NCBI GenBank assembly: GCA_964016885.1
Contig: OZ024740.1
Span: forward strand, 257,052,001-257,116,000
Source of the DNA: Eledone cirrhosa
Lineage: Eukaryota
Direction of reading: 5' to 3'
DNA: 64,000 nt
This document shows positions 24,440 to 39,333 of this stretch, piece by piece (position 1 is the first letter of the stretch; each line of letters starts with the position of its first letter). The translations under genes and the position numbers were made by a program. The notes under the pieces were generated by a model. That model made no database searches and had not been told where the DNA came from. It saw only the letters and a list, made by a program, of their open reading frames with translations.

Positions 24440-27400
24440 ACCTTACTCAGAAAAGGCAGCATAAATGCACGTGGCCTGGAGTCATTATGGAAGCAGGGTC
24501 ACTTGCTCAACGACCTCAGGTCAATGAACATAGATGTGGTGGCTATCAGGTACACTAGATAACTGCCTTCGCACCCATCTTCGGTGGTTACAATGAGAAC
24601 GCATCTCCAAGCCGGTCGGGATCGGGAAACGGAGTCGCTGTGTTGTTTCGGAGAGGCCTGGATCTTGTGATACGGACCATCTTCCGGGACCAAGAAGGTG
24701 AATCGGTGGTGCTGGACGTGATCAGCAGCGAATGCTATGCATTTAGGCTAGTGGCTGTTTATGCCTCGACAAGGGCAGGACGGCCTGATTTCTTCAGGAG
24801 ACAGGAGACCTTCCTAGGAATGTCCCTCTCTTTAATGTTAGTGGGCGATTGGAACAGCATCTTGGATGCACGCTGGGATTGTGTGGGATTAGCGGATAGG
24901 GGAGGAGGGTGTAAAAGCCTCGCAAACCTGATCAGACGTTTCCAGCTGTAAAACAGGTACCGACTGAATTTCCCGAATGTTCTAAGGAGGACATAGAGAA
25001 ACCGCACCGGCTCATCCAGATCGTATCTAGACAGGGTATTTTGTAAGGAAACAGATAAATAAAGCATAGGTTGTCCACAATTGAAGATAATCGACTACAC
25101 AGAAAACACATTCGTGATCTGTGTTGTTCACTTAGATAGGTTTAATAGAAAGGGACCTGGCAATTAAACGCGTCGATGACAACGCGCAAAGCTTGAAGAG
25201 ACCGGATTAGTCAGCTAGTTAAGCGGCCCTTAACGGAGGATTAACCAACAACAAATAGTTGTTCGCCCTGAAGTGGGCGATTAGAATAGAATCCATTAGG
25301 TTTAGTAAGCCGTTAGCAATAGAGAAAAATAGAGCAGAGAGAGAATTAGTTAGAAAACTAGATGCGGCGTTTATTAAAGGCATCGCGACCGTCTTGCTTG
25401 CGGCGAGATTGTCCCTCGACCAATTCTTCAACGAAAATACGAAGGCTGCATTGTCAGAGCAAGGGCGCGTGCTCTTTGATACGAGGGGACGAAAGCCATT
25501 CGATGTGTCTGGGTGGCGGAGGCGCGTCGTAACAACAAAGCAACGATCCGGTCTTTGGAGGACCACGACGGGTGTATGTTACTCGAACCCGGGAAAATGT
25601 GTGCCGCTTTTCAGCGGCACTTCGCTCAGCAGTTCGGGGGCAGTAGCGGTGTGTCGGATAGTAGGATGGAATTTAGCGCCTACCTTAATGGCTTGCCGCG
25701 GCTCTCGGCCACTGAGGTAGAGCGTTACAAAAAACCGATAACAGCCGCTGATGTACGGGAGGCAATGACTGACTCCATGATGGGTAAATCGCCTGGTTTG
25801 GATGGTCTGCCCTACGACCATTACGTACATATGCCAGACTTGTTCGGCGACCTCTTGGCGGACGTCTCCTTCCACTTCCTGCAGAACGGAAGAATTCTCA
25901 GCTTTATGAGCCGAGGAGCGGTGGCGCTGCTGAGAAAGGACCCGAACAAGTGGGGCAACATGCATAATCGCAGGCCCATAACTCTGCACCAATGATGTCT
26001 TCTCCCGTCCCCGTTGTACGTATTGACTTTCGAACCATTATTGCACAAACTGGAGACGTTGCGGTGCATCCTGCGTGTACTGAGATGCGGGAGAGCTATG
26101 TCATCATATACCGGGGACGTCACCGTAGTGGTGTCGAGCGCCAAACATATCGAAGCGATCGGCATTACTCTAAGACAGGGGTCCCCAACCACCGGCCCGC
26201 GAAGGGTTTCAATCTGGCCCGCGATGGCCTTTATCCTGCCCGCGAGTGTTCTAAAAATGGTACAGTTTGCAATAAATTCGCACCCGATATATCGGTATTG
26301 CCGAATAAAACAATGTTTAAATGTATTTTACTGCTTGGGATAGCTCTAAGTATCAATATTGAATTTTGTTTCAAATCTAACATAAGGGATAAATAAATGA
26401 TTACTTATTTGTATATAAGTAGTATTAATTGCGCATCCGGCCGGCGGAGCCACCGCTGCATGGCTATCCGGCCCGAGGACCAAAAAGGTTGGGGACTCCT
26501 GCTCTAAGAGAATACGACGCGGTGACAGGAGCAATTATTAACCAGGAAAATCGGTTGGCCTGCGTCTCGGGACCTAGAGAGGGATGTCCATGCCGTCCAA
26601 CAGCATTGTCGGGCGTTGGACGGACGGACCCGTAAAATTGCTAGGGGCTTGGTTCGGTTCGGAACTCCAGACGGATAAAAACTGGGACGAGGTGACGAGC
26701 AGGTGGCCTCTCCCACCCACAAATCGGCCGAGAGAAAGCTATCCCTGACAGATCGAGGGGAGGTGGTGAACGGATTTATCGCGTCCGTCATCTACCGCCT
26801 GACCGTCGTGCCTTGTTCTACGCCTCGACTGACTGCACTGGAGCATTTTCTCTGTCGCGTTTTGTGGAAAGGACGCGCTTCGATGGTCAGGTGGTTCATC
26901 TACTGTTAACACCCGCTACTTGGATTGCATGAGGGGCCTGATGATGTGCCGCCATGCATTCCATCTACAGCATCTCCATTTCTTCCACGACGGTGATCAA
27001 GTGTTGTCGCCGATTGCCAGACATGTTTTTCTCAGCTCGTCTCTTTGACGGAGCTGCAAGTACTGGATCAAGCGTAGACCGAAAGGAAGCGCTTGGAGAT
27101 TGGAATGTTTTCAGGAGCTCACAGCCTCGACCAGTCAGGTGATGCGATCGGTGGAAACTTCATCTTGGCGTTCTATAGAGGGTTAGTGGAGAGCAAGTGC
27201 GACGACGTCTTTGGGGAAGCTCTGAGTGTTAACGAAAACAAACTAGCTATTCTCTTCGGAAGAACTTTCATTCCAGAGCCAATGTAGAACTTCCAGAAGT
27301 CGCTGACATGGCAGTGTTACTGGGGAGCGTTGCTAGTTCGAGATAAACTTTACAGGTATGGAAGGGCCATCAACCGCGCTTGCCCGAGATATGCGTCGGG

Positions 27401-28045
27401 GGAAGAGACCGTCCTGCAAGCACTCGTCCAGTGTCTGAGCATCGCTGACTTGTGGGTTTATGTCGAACATCTGCTGTCGCGTGTAGGACGGATCCGGCTA
27501 TCAGCTGAGTCCATCGTGAAGATTGCCACGCTGTCCACATTTAACCAGGAGGAGCAGGGAGTTTTTGTCTGCCTGGTGGCCACGGTAAAAGAGGTCGTAT
27601 GCAGGATGCGTTTGAAAGTGTGGAAGATGAGCACTTTCTTTTTCGGTGACACCCTCATTAACTTTTCTATGTTTCACCTGAAAAGGGAAATCAGGGTGGA
27701 GAGAGAAGTGTTGCCTTCCAGACAGTTTGTTGAGAGGTGAGTGAGAGAGGCGAGAACGGCCCATGTGAATGTGCCTGTCCTGAGCTTGTGTCTGTAGTAT
27801 CTTAAGTGTAAAACTGGGCGAGGGCGCTTACCCTCATGGTCAAGGTTACCGGGGCGTTTTGGGGGATTTCTCCACGAGTGATTCTCGGAAGTCTCCCCAC
27901 TATTGTGGAATTTTTCCTGCTTGTTGTTTTGTTACATCATCTGCTTTTGTTTTTTACACGTAGAGATGCCCATTTTTATCGTCCTGTATTGTCCTGTGCT
28001 GTTCTTAATGTTATACTTTGTGTCAACCTTCGTGGTTAATAAAGC
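24440..28045 (+). mobile_element. L1/Tx1-like LINE ORF2 (APE + RT + Cys-His tail), degenerate, internal RT deletion near 25990
   Basis: INARGL, RLVAVYA, LVGDWNSILD, SYLDRVF, GKSPGLDGLPY, RPITL joined directly to LYVLTFEPLL, YTGDVT, CPRYASGEETV; AATAAA at about 28037. Confidence 0.88.
26176..26501. mobile_element. hAT (Charlie-type) MITE inserted in the LINE
   Basis: TIRs CAGGGGTCCCCAACC / GGTTGGGGACTCCTG; 8-bp TSD CTCTAAGA at 26168-26175 and 26502-26509; LINE sequence resumes after it. Confidence 0.93.
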
Positions 28046-28049
28046 CCGG

Positions 28050-28835
28050 TGCCTATGGACAACTTCCAGAAATCCTTGACTCGGCAGTGTTACCGGGTAG
28101 CGTTGCCGGTTAGAAATGATCTCTACAGGCACGAGAGTGCCGTCAGCCCAACCTGTGCGAGATGCGCCTAGGGCAACGAAACCGTTGTGCACGCACTCGT
28201 TCAGTGTCCGAGCATTGCTGACTTGTGGGGCTATGTCGAAAATTTGCTGTCACGTGTAGGACGGATCCGGTTATGGACTAAGTCTATTGTGCAGATAGCC
28301 CCTCCGTCCTCCTTTCAGGAGGAGGAAGGACAAGCAGTCTTCATCTATCTGACGGCCATGGCGAAAGATATTGTATGGTGGACAAGGTTGAAAAAATTGA
28401 AACGGGCATTTTCCTCTTCGGCGGATCACAGATCAACTTTTTCAAATTTCACTTTAAAAGGAAAAATCAGGGTGGAGAGACAAGTGCTGTCTTCTAGTAA
28501 GTTTGTTGAACGGTGGGTGAAAGCAGCGAATCTGGTCTGAGTGAACGGGCCCGTCCCGAGTATGCGCCTGTAGACTGATGGGTGTGAGAACTTAAGAGGG
28601 CGCTTGCCCTCGTGGTCAGGGTGGCCGTGGTCTTTTGTGGGGTTTTCACCACGTGTGACCCTCGTAGGTTTCCTCCTTTTTAGGGAATTTTTGTTGTTTG
28701 AATTCTTTTGATTTGTTTTTATACATTTCTATCTCATTTTTACACCACCACGACCCACTTTGTATCGTCCTGTACCATTCAGTACAGTCTGTAATATTTT
28801 TCGTCATGTTAGCCCTTGTGGCCGATAAAGAAACC
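28050..28835 (+). mobile_element. Second, diverged L1/Tx1-like 3' end in tandem
   Basis: Parallels 27280-28045 (HALVQCPSIADLW..SRVGRIRL..IRVERQVL..FVERW). Confidence 0.85.
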
Positions 28836-29005
28836 ATTATTATTGTTCTTTGAGTCTAAATCATTGATGTTATTTAACTGGAAAGTATGTTGGAATGAAT
28901 ATCAAGCCGCTAATTGCAGCCTCAGATATTCAGGACGTATCGGAGGGTTCTTGCTGTTGCCAGCAAGCATGCTTTTGAAGTGTTCCAAAAAACGGGGCTG
29001 GGTAT
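28836..29005 (-). mobile_element. R4/Dong extreme 3' fragment
   Basis: Similar to 23266-23415; ends at an (ATT)n run. Confidence 0.75.
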
Positions 29006-29477
29006 ATAGTTTTATTATAGTTGGTTGCTAAAAACAACCCTAACTAGCTGACTTCATTCGAGGACAACTCACCTAAGAAATTTAATTGATTTGGTATTGG
29101 GATGGTGAAACTAAATCTGACCAATGGGAAGATGGTAGATTCTATTGATGCTTGAATTCGTTCATTCTAAATCATATACCATCAGTACTTTGAGAAAACA
29201 ACATCATACTTCAGCACTGGGCATATATCAAAATATCGAAATAAAAGAGGTGAACATTGTTCCATCATTATGTTTTTCTGTTGCAATTCTAGCTGCCTGA
29301 TGAGGTCATGTCTGTTGCGTAATGGTTGTCACCAAAATATATATAACAGCGAATATGATTAAACGATGTTAATTTTAACCAGTTGACTTCTTGTTTATAT
29401 ATAAATATATGTTCATATGTGTGCGTGAAACTATATAAATATGTGTATAAATGTATGTACATAAGTATATGCATACA

Positions 29478-29511
<34 letters not shown>

Positions 29512-29716
29512 TAAATATATATATATATAAATATACATATGTGTATGTGTGTGTGTGTTTCTATATATATGTATATGTTTCAATTTTACTATGCCTTGTG
29601 GGGTATCACTCTTTTTTATTATTCTAGATTTTATGGATAGTATAGTTTTGATGTAGGTTTCTTTGCTTTCGAGTAAAAGCAGTACATACATGTACATGTA
29701 TGTCTGTATACACCCA

Positions 29717-29796
<80 letters not shown>

Positions 29797-30182
29797 TACA
29801 CACACACACGCACACACACACACACACACGTATATATATATATATATATAAACATATATATATATCTGTGTGATGAAACAATATATATATATATATATGT
29901 ACATATAGTAATGCATGATCTTCAAAAAAATAAAATGTTATCAGTGTAAAGAGATGTAAGATAGCTGTTGTTACAGATAGGACTCTATCAGAATATGTGA
30001 ACAAATATGCAGGAATGTGATTCTTATCAAGCTGCATTTGGTTTGGAAAGATTTGACTCGGAACTTGAAAACGGACAGCGATAAAGTCAGAGATTTTGAA
30101 AGAGTAACGGTTGATACAAGTTAAAGATTTCATATACGAAACTGGTAAATAAGATTCCGCCTTTCTCTCTTTCTCTCTCTCC

Positions 30183-30240
<58 letters not shown>

Positions 30241-30271
30241 GTATATATATATATATGTGTATATATATATA

Positions 30272-30450
30272 ATGAAGTAAGGAACAGGTGGACCATAACG
30301 CACCAGAGTACTCGATACTTTGGGTAGTAGAGTGGGTAATAGGAAAAGAGTCAGGACCCAACGGCAGAGCTCAAGCCGTCTCGACGGCTATTTCTGAATA
30401 ACCGTCGAAACGGCTTGAGATCTATCGTCGGGGTCCTGACTCTTTTCCTA
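30272..30450 (+). repeat. Family E ~200-bp element with long terminal hairpin (also 35816-36020 -, 37030-37205 +, partial 54905-54960)
   Basis: taggaaaagagtcaggaccc...gagctcaagccgtctcgacgg / ccgtcgaaacggcttgag...gggtcctgactcttttccta. Confidence 0.8.
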
Positions 30451-30471
30451 TATATATATATATATATATAT

Positions 30472-31417
<946 letters not shown>

Positions 31418-31614
31418 CGGCTCGAAACATCTTGTTGAGTTCGGTGGCTATAATTACCGCTCTTATTTCTAGAGGTATTATCTCTTCCCCTTAACGTGAT
31501 TTCACCATGTGCACCTCAACACGACGGCCGAGTTAAACTTAGTTGTAGATATTCCCAGGTATATTGATTTATTTACCATCTTCATTCTATATTTCTCAAT
31601 AGAATAGTGAGACT

Positions 31615-31767
31615 AACCCTCTGAAGAGTACATGAGTCTCATGTGGTTTAATCATAATTGATAGTTTGTCTTCGATGATCGATTATATTGATTTATTTTT
31701 TCGATGATCGATTACATAGATTGATTTTTAGCCAGACTCTCCAGGTACGAAATAGTGCCATGAGGTT
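31615..31767 (+). ncRNA. Degenerate type I hammerhead with long stem II
   Basis: cct-CTGAAGA-GTAC...GTAC-GAAA-TAGTGCCA-TG-agg; G at position 17 suggests it is inactive. Confidence 0.5.
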
Positions 31768-32211
31768 TCACTTATACATATTCTTCTATAAAACATGTAT
31801 TTGATATAAATACAATATACCATGTCTATTGCTCGATATATGGCTCTTTCTCTCTCTGTATACACATATATCTTTTCATTTGGTTATACATCATGGATCA
31901 CAGGCCTCACGAACCATGACTGAACAAAGTCTGATTCCCTGCATTGGGTCCTATTCCCCTCTTGGACTCTAATCACCTCCCCAATTTCTCTAATACCCCG
32001 TCCATTATCGCACCCCTAGATTCCTATCGCTTTCTCTTGATCATTAGCAGCTTCTATTACAACTAATACATGCCGACTATATATGCTTTGTATACACACA
32101 TACACACCCTTACATTAACAAACCTTTGCTCATAGCTTCGTACTTACATGCACACGAACTCTTTTACTCACATATACACACACATTTCTTATTAGCTTCG
32201 TACAGACGTAT

Positions 32212-32300
<89 letters not shown>

Positions 32301-32531
32301 CACATGCTTACGCACGTGCTCAAGTATAGCTCTTTTTACAAAACGGTATTTTTCCATTTCAGGTAGACGCGCTCCATCATCCACTTTTCTAAAAAGATAT
32401 ATTATACACAACGTCAGCACCAACAGTTTTGACAGAGATGTTAACATGAATGAACGTCTTATTTTTATCTAAAGACATTTTTTCCAATTCCTTCCCGCCC
32501 GTCTCATCAATCTATCATATTTCTCATTCTT

Positions 32532-32567
32532 TCTTCTGATGAAGGACTAGCTTCCGAAACGTTAAGA
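32532..32567 (+). ncRNA. Minimal PLE-type hammerhead
   Basis: tctt-CTGATGA-A-GGA-ctagct-TCC-GAAA-CG-TT-aaga. Confidence 0.82.
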
Positions 32568-32650
32568 CCCTCTTCCTGCTATATCAAGCGTTAGACTAAT
32601 ATATCCTTCACAAATACTGTACCGATTGAGTTGTTATTTATGTTTACCTT

Positions 32651-32766
<116 letters not shown>

Positions 32767-32780
32767 TTATATATATATAT

Positions 32781-35757
32781 AGTAACAATAATAACATTGA
32801 AGACTAAAATCAAAAGAGGGCTTGATAAGGATAAATATATATCAAATATATAAGAACCGTTGAGCAAATGTTTATTAAAATAACATTAAAGTTTAAGCAA
32901 AGAATCGCTGCTTTCATCCTTAACAGGATCTTCTGAAACTAAAAAAAAAAACAATCTGTGAACGCTGATGTAAATATTTCGAAAAACGTTACAACCTAAG
33001 GAAGACAGGAAGACGATACTTTGATTCGTGGAAACGTTGCTTGGCAAAGAACGGAAAAAAATTAGGAGCGGTGAAAACAATTACAAGTAAAGACAAAACC
33101 ATGTTTATGGTATAACTGAAGTGGTAGACTAAAATTCTATTTAGGAAACCGAATGATTCTCGGCTTCAGAGTTAAGAATAATGTAAATAAATTACAGAGG
33201 TAAATGAAATCAACAAAAATTAAATATATACTTCCACGCTTCCATATACGTACATACACTTGCATACGCGAAAACACTCGCCATGGGTATGCAAAAGCAA
33301 GCACGTACACAAAAAAACACGCACGCACATACAGAACCCACGCAACGCCTGTTCCCGCACACATACGAACGTATATAAATATACACACATAAATACGTAT
33401 ATAACGCACGCACACACATACCTACATGTAAATACACATATGTTCGCTAAACGTATGTCAACTAAAACACGAAGTACACGTATACACACACCCTACATAC
33501 GTACGAACCCGCATACTCACACAGACGCAAAACTCACGTATACACATATGCACATGTACCAGTGTATATAATATAATATATACGCCTATAACATATACAA
33601 TCAAATATACGTACGAGAAAGTATACGTACCTTCGCAAAACATACAGGTAATATATACTTACCTATACAAATAAGTAATGGTATAAACATTACACATACT
33701 TAGCTACCACATCAAGACGTAAAATATCCGCGTATAGTTCGTACTATCCGTTAGGGTATAATGTGGGGCTGTAATACAGGAAAGTTTTGTGCAATTTATG
33801 TTTACAAGTCGAAATTGCCTTAGATTTTTTGTTTAAGATGTGGTCTTTGGCGAAGAGTATTTCCAGGGCTTCAGCGGCGCAGAGGTCACATGGTCTTTTA
33901 TTTCCGTTATACGATCTAGCTTCAGCTAGGATCTCCCACTGTAACTTATATTGGGTGTCGTTGTCTTTTAGATTCCAGATATAAGCTGAAAGTGACGTCA
34001 CATTCCTTCTTAAAGGGTTAAGAAAAGAATGGGTATGCATGTAAAGACGCTGCTTGAATCTATTGGCGGTTAACCCTATGTAGGCCCTACGGGACGTGAG
34101 TGTTTCAACTTTACATTTGTAGACAAAGTTACAAGAGAGGTATTTCACGGATAGGGGGCAGTCAACCCGATTCCTACAATTACAGTTAGTACTAGCTACT
34201 GGGTTGCACGTGTTCCTACGGCTAGGTAATTTAGCTACAGTTGAAGCTGTGATGTTATATGCAAGGTTAGGAGTCGTAGAGTAAGAAATGTTAATGGTAT
34301 TTCTATTAAACATTTTATTATGTTTATGTGCTGGGCGGAAATGCTTCATAATAAGGGAGAGATAGATCAGAGCTAATGGTGTGACCACCTCCATAATATA
34401 TGGTGAGTTATACCATATAATGCGTCGGGATCTCTTTTTCCTAGGTCTATTCTCATACTTTGTATATGCTACCTTATCGACAAATCCACTCCGAGCAAGA
34501 GTTTCATTGTAATACGTGGAATGGTCGGTGAAAACATTCTCGTTTGTAGATAGACGGGAAACCCTCAATGAAACGTTTCTTACCAGGTTCTTGGTTATGC
34601 TGGCAGGATGGGTAGAATGCTTACTTATGTAATTAGGTGTATAATTCGGCTTTCTATACGGGTAGTGCAAGCCATTCGACAAATTGAGGGTAACGCCGAG
34701 GTAACTAATGACCGAGAGGTTGGCCTTAACCTGTATGGAGGGGTTGAAGCCTTTAAAGAAGGCTGTATGTTCTTTTCTGAACCTGTCGCAAGCACGTGGG
34801 CTACACTTTGTCATGGTCAAAAGACCGGCATTACGGTACAAACCACCGCCCACGTTGGGGAATTCTTCCTTGATAGAGATAAGAAGGAAAAGGCCGACAA
34901 GATCAGTAACCACCGCAGAATTGATGGCGCCCATACTCACGTTGAATGGGGTACTATTAGATTTTTTAATCCAAATAGAGTCGACAAAATTAATCACCGA
35001 CTTACGGGCATTGAAAATGACATGAACTTCGAAATCCTTAACCACTGTGAGTGTTTTAGCGAAATTGATATCTCTGAGAAGAAGTATTAAAGTGATGGAG
35101 GAGTAGTAATTATTGATGTCGAATTGGATAAAACGGCAATGTTCCTTGTTGCATATGCCGTTGAACCAATCAATCACCGCGAAAGAATTGTTCCACAGTG
35201 CAAGAGGGGCCAAACTTCTAATTTCAGGTATAATTCTATCTAAAATCCTTTTACTAAGTCTACTTAAATCGGACTTCGTAGGGTTAATAAGCCGAATGGA
35301 GGGGTTGTTCGGGAGATTGGATTTCTGATCCTTCAGGATAAAGTGGGGGAGAAATAGGGTCCAGAGGTTCAGTCTTTTGTCTTTGCGCGTAATTGTTCTC
35401 ACCGATCCACATAATGACGTATTATCCTCGTTTTTTCCGTTCATTACCAGAGAACGTCTCCACGAACCAGCTAATAGAATATTATTCTACGATTTCATTT
35501 ATACCATAAACGTGGTTGTGTCTTTCCGTGTAATTGTTTTCACCATTCCAAATAATGACGTATTATCTTCGTTTGTTTCCGTTCTTTGCCAGGGAACGTT
35601 TCGACGAACCAAAGTATCGTCTTCGTGTCTTCCTTCGGTTGCAATGTTTTTCAAAATATTTACATCTGCGTTCAAAGATTGATTTTTTTTTAGTTTCAGA
35701 AGATCCTGTAAAGGGTGAAAGCAGCGATTTTTGCTTAAATTTTAATCTGTTATTTTA

Positions 35758-35765
<8 letters not shown>
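32781..35765 (-). mobile_element. PLE family 1, longest copy, with inverted 5' pLTR (about 35372-35762)
   Basis: RT + GIY-YIG ORF, ~960-bp 3' UTR, inverted repeat of the 3' end at the 5' side, microsatellite flanks; HHR motifs 32890-32940 (-) and 35692-35741 (+). Confidence 0.95.
33744..35370 (-). pseudogene. PLE reverse transcriptase-GIY-YIG polyprotein, 5'-truncated, catalytic aspartates lost
   Basis: RLINPTKS, FIQFDINNYYSSI, SMGA..DLVGL, GLYRNAGL (YRDD expected), CNCRNRVDCPL, FVYKCKV..AYIGLTANRFKQRL; the first ~25 aa of the track ORF come from the inverted pLTR. Confidence 0.92.
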
Positions 35766-35818
<53 letters not shown>

Positions 35819-36018
35819 AAAATGTATGACCCAACGGCCGAGCTCAACCGGTTTCGACGGCTATTTCTGAGTCCATTTCTGGACTCAGAAATAGCCGTCG
35901 AGACGGCTTGAGCTCTGCCGTCGGGGTCACACATTTTCCTATTACCCACTCGTCTACCCTAAGTATTGTGTACTCCGATGCGTTATGGTCTATCTGATTC
36001 CTTACCACAACTCCTTCG

Positions 36019-36600
<582 letters not shown>

Positions 36601-36753
36601 GATGTATGAACATTTTAAACAAAAATATGATTCCATGCACTTAGGATATAAAAAGTAATTTACTGAATAAAGAAAATAAGGTAGCAAACACGTATAACAA
36701 CCACAAATCTAACCAGGAGACGATTATAGTAATATGTTTGTTTCCTCCTTGAA

Positions 36754-36809
<56 letters not shown>

Positions 36810-37200
36810 AAATGATGGGTAAATATTCTATGGCTGTTGATCACAAATAAGTGGCTATCGTTTATTTATCTATTATTTCTTAACAGGTGCCTTTTAATCT
36901 TATAGCCTGGTTTAATTGTTTTTTTGTGTGGTTCATTATGCTAATTGGGACAGAAAATTGAGTATATATCTTATCAAATGATTCTAAGGACATAATTTAT
37001 AGTGTATATATTTATATATATATATAGATAACGAAGGAAATGTGGTAAGGAAACAGGTGGACCATAACGCACCAAAGTACTCAATACTTAGGGTAGTAGA
37101 GTAGGACCCCGATGGCTGAGCTCAAGCCGTATCGACGGCTAATTCGTCCAGAATTAGCCGTAGAAACGGCTTGAGCTCAGCCGTCGGGGTCCTACTCGTT

Positions 37201-37240
<40 letters not shown>

Positions 37241-37247
<7 letters not shown>

Positions 37248-39075
37248 TAAGGTAATGAATTCTTTTACAATGGAATTAGCTCGAAGGAGGAAAATACCCC
37301 CTGAGCAGTGTATAAATTAATATGTATGTGATGAAACACAGATACCAACACATCTGTATATATATTGGCAATAGAGTTCGCCTTCGTTGATTTATTATTT
37401 TAAATCGATATGGACAAACTGTAGTATAATAATTAGTATACTTCAATCTGGCTAAATTTTTCTTTTGCAATATATATACAGATGTGTTGGTATCTGTGTT
37501 TCATCACATACATATTAATTTATACACTGCTCAGGGGGTATTTTCCTCCTTCGAGCTAATTCCATTGTAAAAGAATTCATTACCTTATTAATTTTAACTG
37601 CTCCTAGTTTGAGCTGCAAGCCGCCTCATATATACGACTGTTATTTCTAGCAGTACGGTTATGAGACTAGTTAGATACTGTAAAACCATGTGCGTCACGC
37701 AGTTTTTAAATTATTTAGAAGTGAAGCATATCAATTTGTCCCTGGATGTTTACTGAGGAGAGCAGGACATGATATTCCTACACTTATTTAACTCGAAACA
37801 TATTTGGATCTTAAAGTTTAAACTTATCTACGGAACAAGTTTGATTTTGAAATTTAAATGTGTCTAAACAACACAGCCTCTTGGCAATACAGTTCGCCTT
37901 CGTTGATTTATTATTTTAAATCGATATGGACAAACTGTAGTATAATAATTAGTATACTTCAATCTGGCTAAATTTTTCTTTTTCAATATATATACAGATG
38001 TGTTGGCATTTGTGTTTCATCACATACATATTAATTTATACACTGCTCAGGGGGTATTTTCCTCCTTCGAGCTAATTCCATTGTAAAAGAATTCATTACC
38101 TTATTAATTTTAACTGCTCCTAGTTTGAGCTGCAAGCCGCCTCATATATACGACTGTTATTTCTAGCAGTACGGTTATGAGACTAGTTAGATACTGTAAA
38201 ACCATGTGCGTCACGCAGTCTTTTAAATTATTTAGAAGTGAAGCATATCAATTTGTCCCTGGATGTTTACTGAGGAGAGCAGGACATGATATTCCTACAC
38301 TTATTTAACTCGAAACATATTTGGATCTTAAAGTTTAAACTTATCTACGGAACAAGTTTGATTTTGAAATTTAAATGTGTCTAAACAACACAGCCTCTTG
38401 GCAATACAGTTCGCCTTCGTTGATTTATTATTTTAAATCGATATGGACAAACTGTAGTATAATAATTAGTATACTTCAATCTGGCTAAATTTTTCTTTTG
38501 CAATATATATACAGATGTGTTGGTATCTGTGTTTCATCACATACATATTAATTTATACACTGCTCAGGGGGTATTTTCCTCCTTCGAGCTAATTCCATTG
38601 TAAAAGAATTCATTACCTTATTAATTTTAACTGCTCCTAGTTTAAGCTGCAAGCCGCCTCATATATACGACTGTTATTTCTAGCAGTACGGTTATGAGAC
38701 TAGTTAGATACTGTAAAACCATGTGCGTCACGCAGTCTTTTAAATTATTTAGAAGTGAAGCATATCAATTTGTCCCTGGATGTTTACTGAGGAGAGCAGG
38801 ACATGATATTCCTACACTTATTTAACTCGAAACATATTTGGATCTTAAAGTTTAAACTTATCTACGGAACAGGTTTGATTTTGAAATTTAAATGTGTCTA
38901 AACATCACAGCCTCTTGGCAATACAGTTCGCCTTCGTTGATTTATTATTTTAAATCGATATGGACAAACTGTAGTATAATAATTAGTATACTTCAATCTG
39001 GCTAAATTTTTCTTTTTCAATATATATACAGATGTGTTGGCATTTGTGTTTCATCACATACATATTAATTTATAT
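37241..39075 (+). mobile_element. 517-bp-unit tandem retrozyme-like array (about 3.3 units) with inverted 5' piece 37241-37366
   Basis: ggcaata(c/g)agttcg at 37367, 37883, 38400 and 38917; units nearly identical; one HHR per complete unit; (TA)n flanks. Confidence 0.9.
37748..37823 (+). ncRNA. Type I hammerhead (also 38265-38340 and 38782-38857)
   Basis: gttta-CTGAGGA-GAG...CTC-GAAA-C-(16-nt loop)-G-TT-taaac. Confidence 0.78.
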
Positions 39076-39249
39076 ATATATATATATAGTATTAAGGATA
39101 CTATTTATGGTTATGTATATACAAAAACCTTTAGTAGTTGTATATATTTTTACAAACCCTAAATAGTGATAGGTAGTAATATATTACTACCTTATTACCA
39201 GTAAGCTAAATAGCTCAATGTAATAACATCAGTTGTTTTACAGAGCAGT

Positions 39250-39333
<84 letters not shown>

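Noticed and set aside
35918-35933. cgtcggggtcac similarity to the tRNA-Trp 3' end
   Set aside because: Short match, not conserved in other family E copies, and no cloverleaf.
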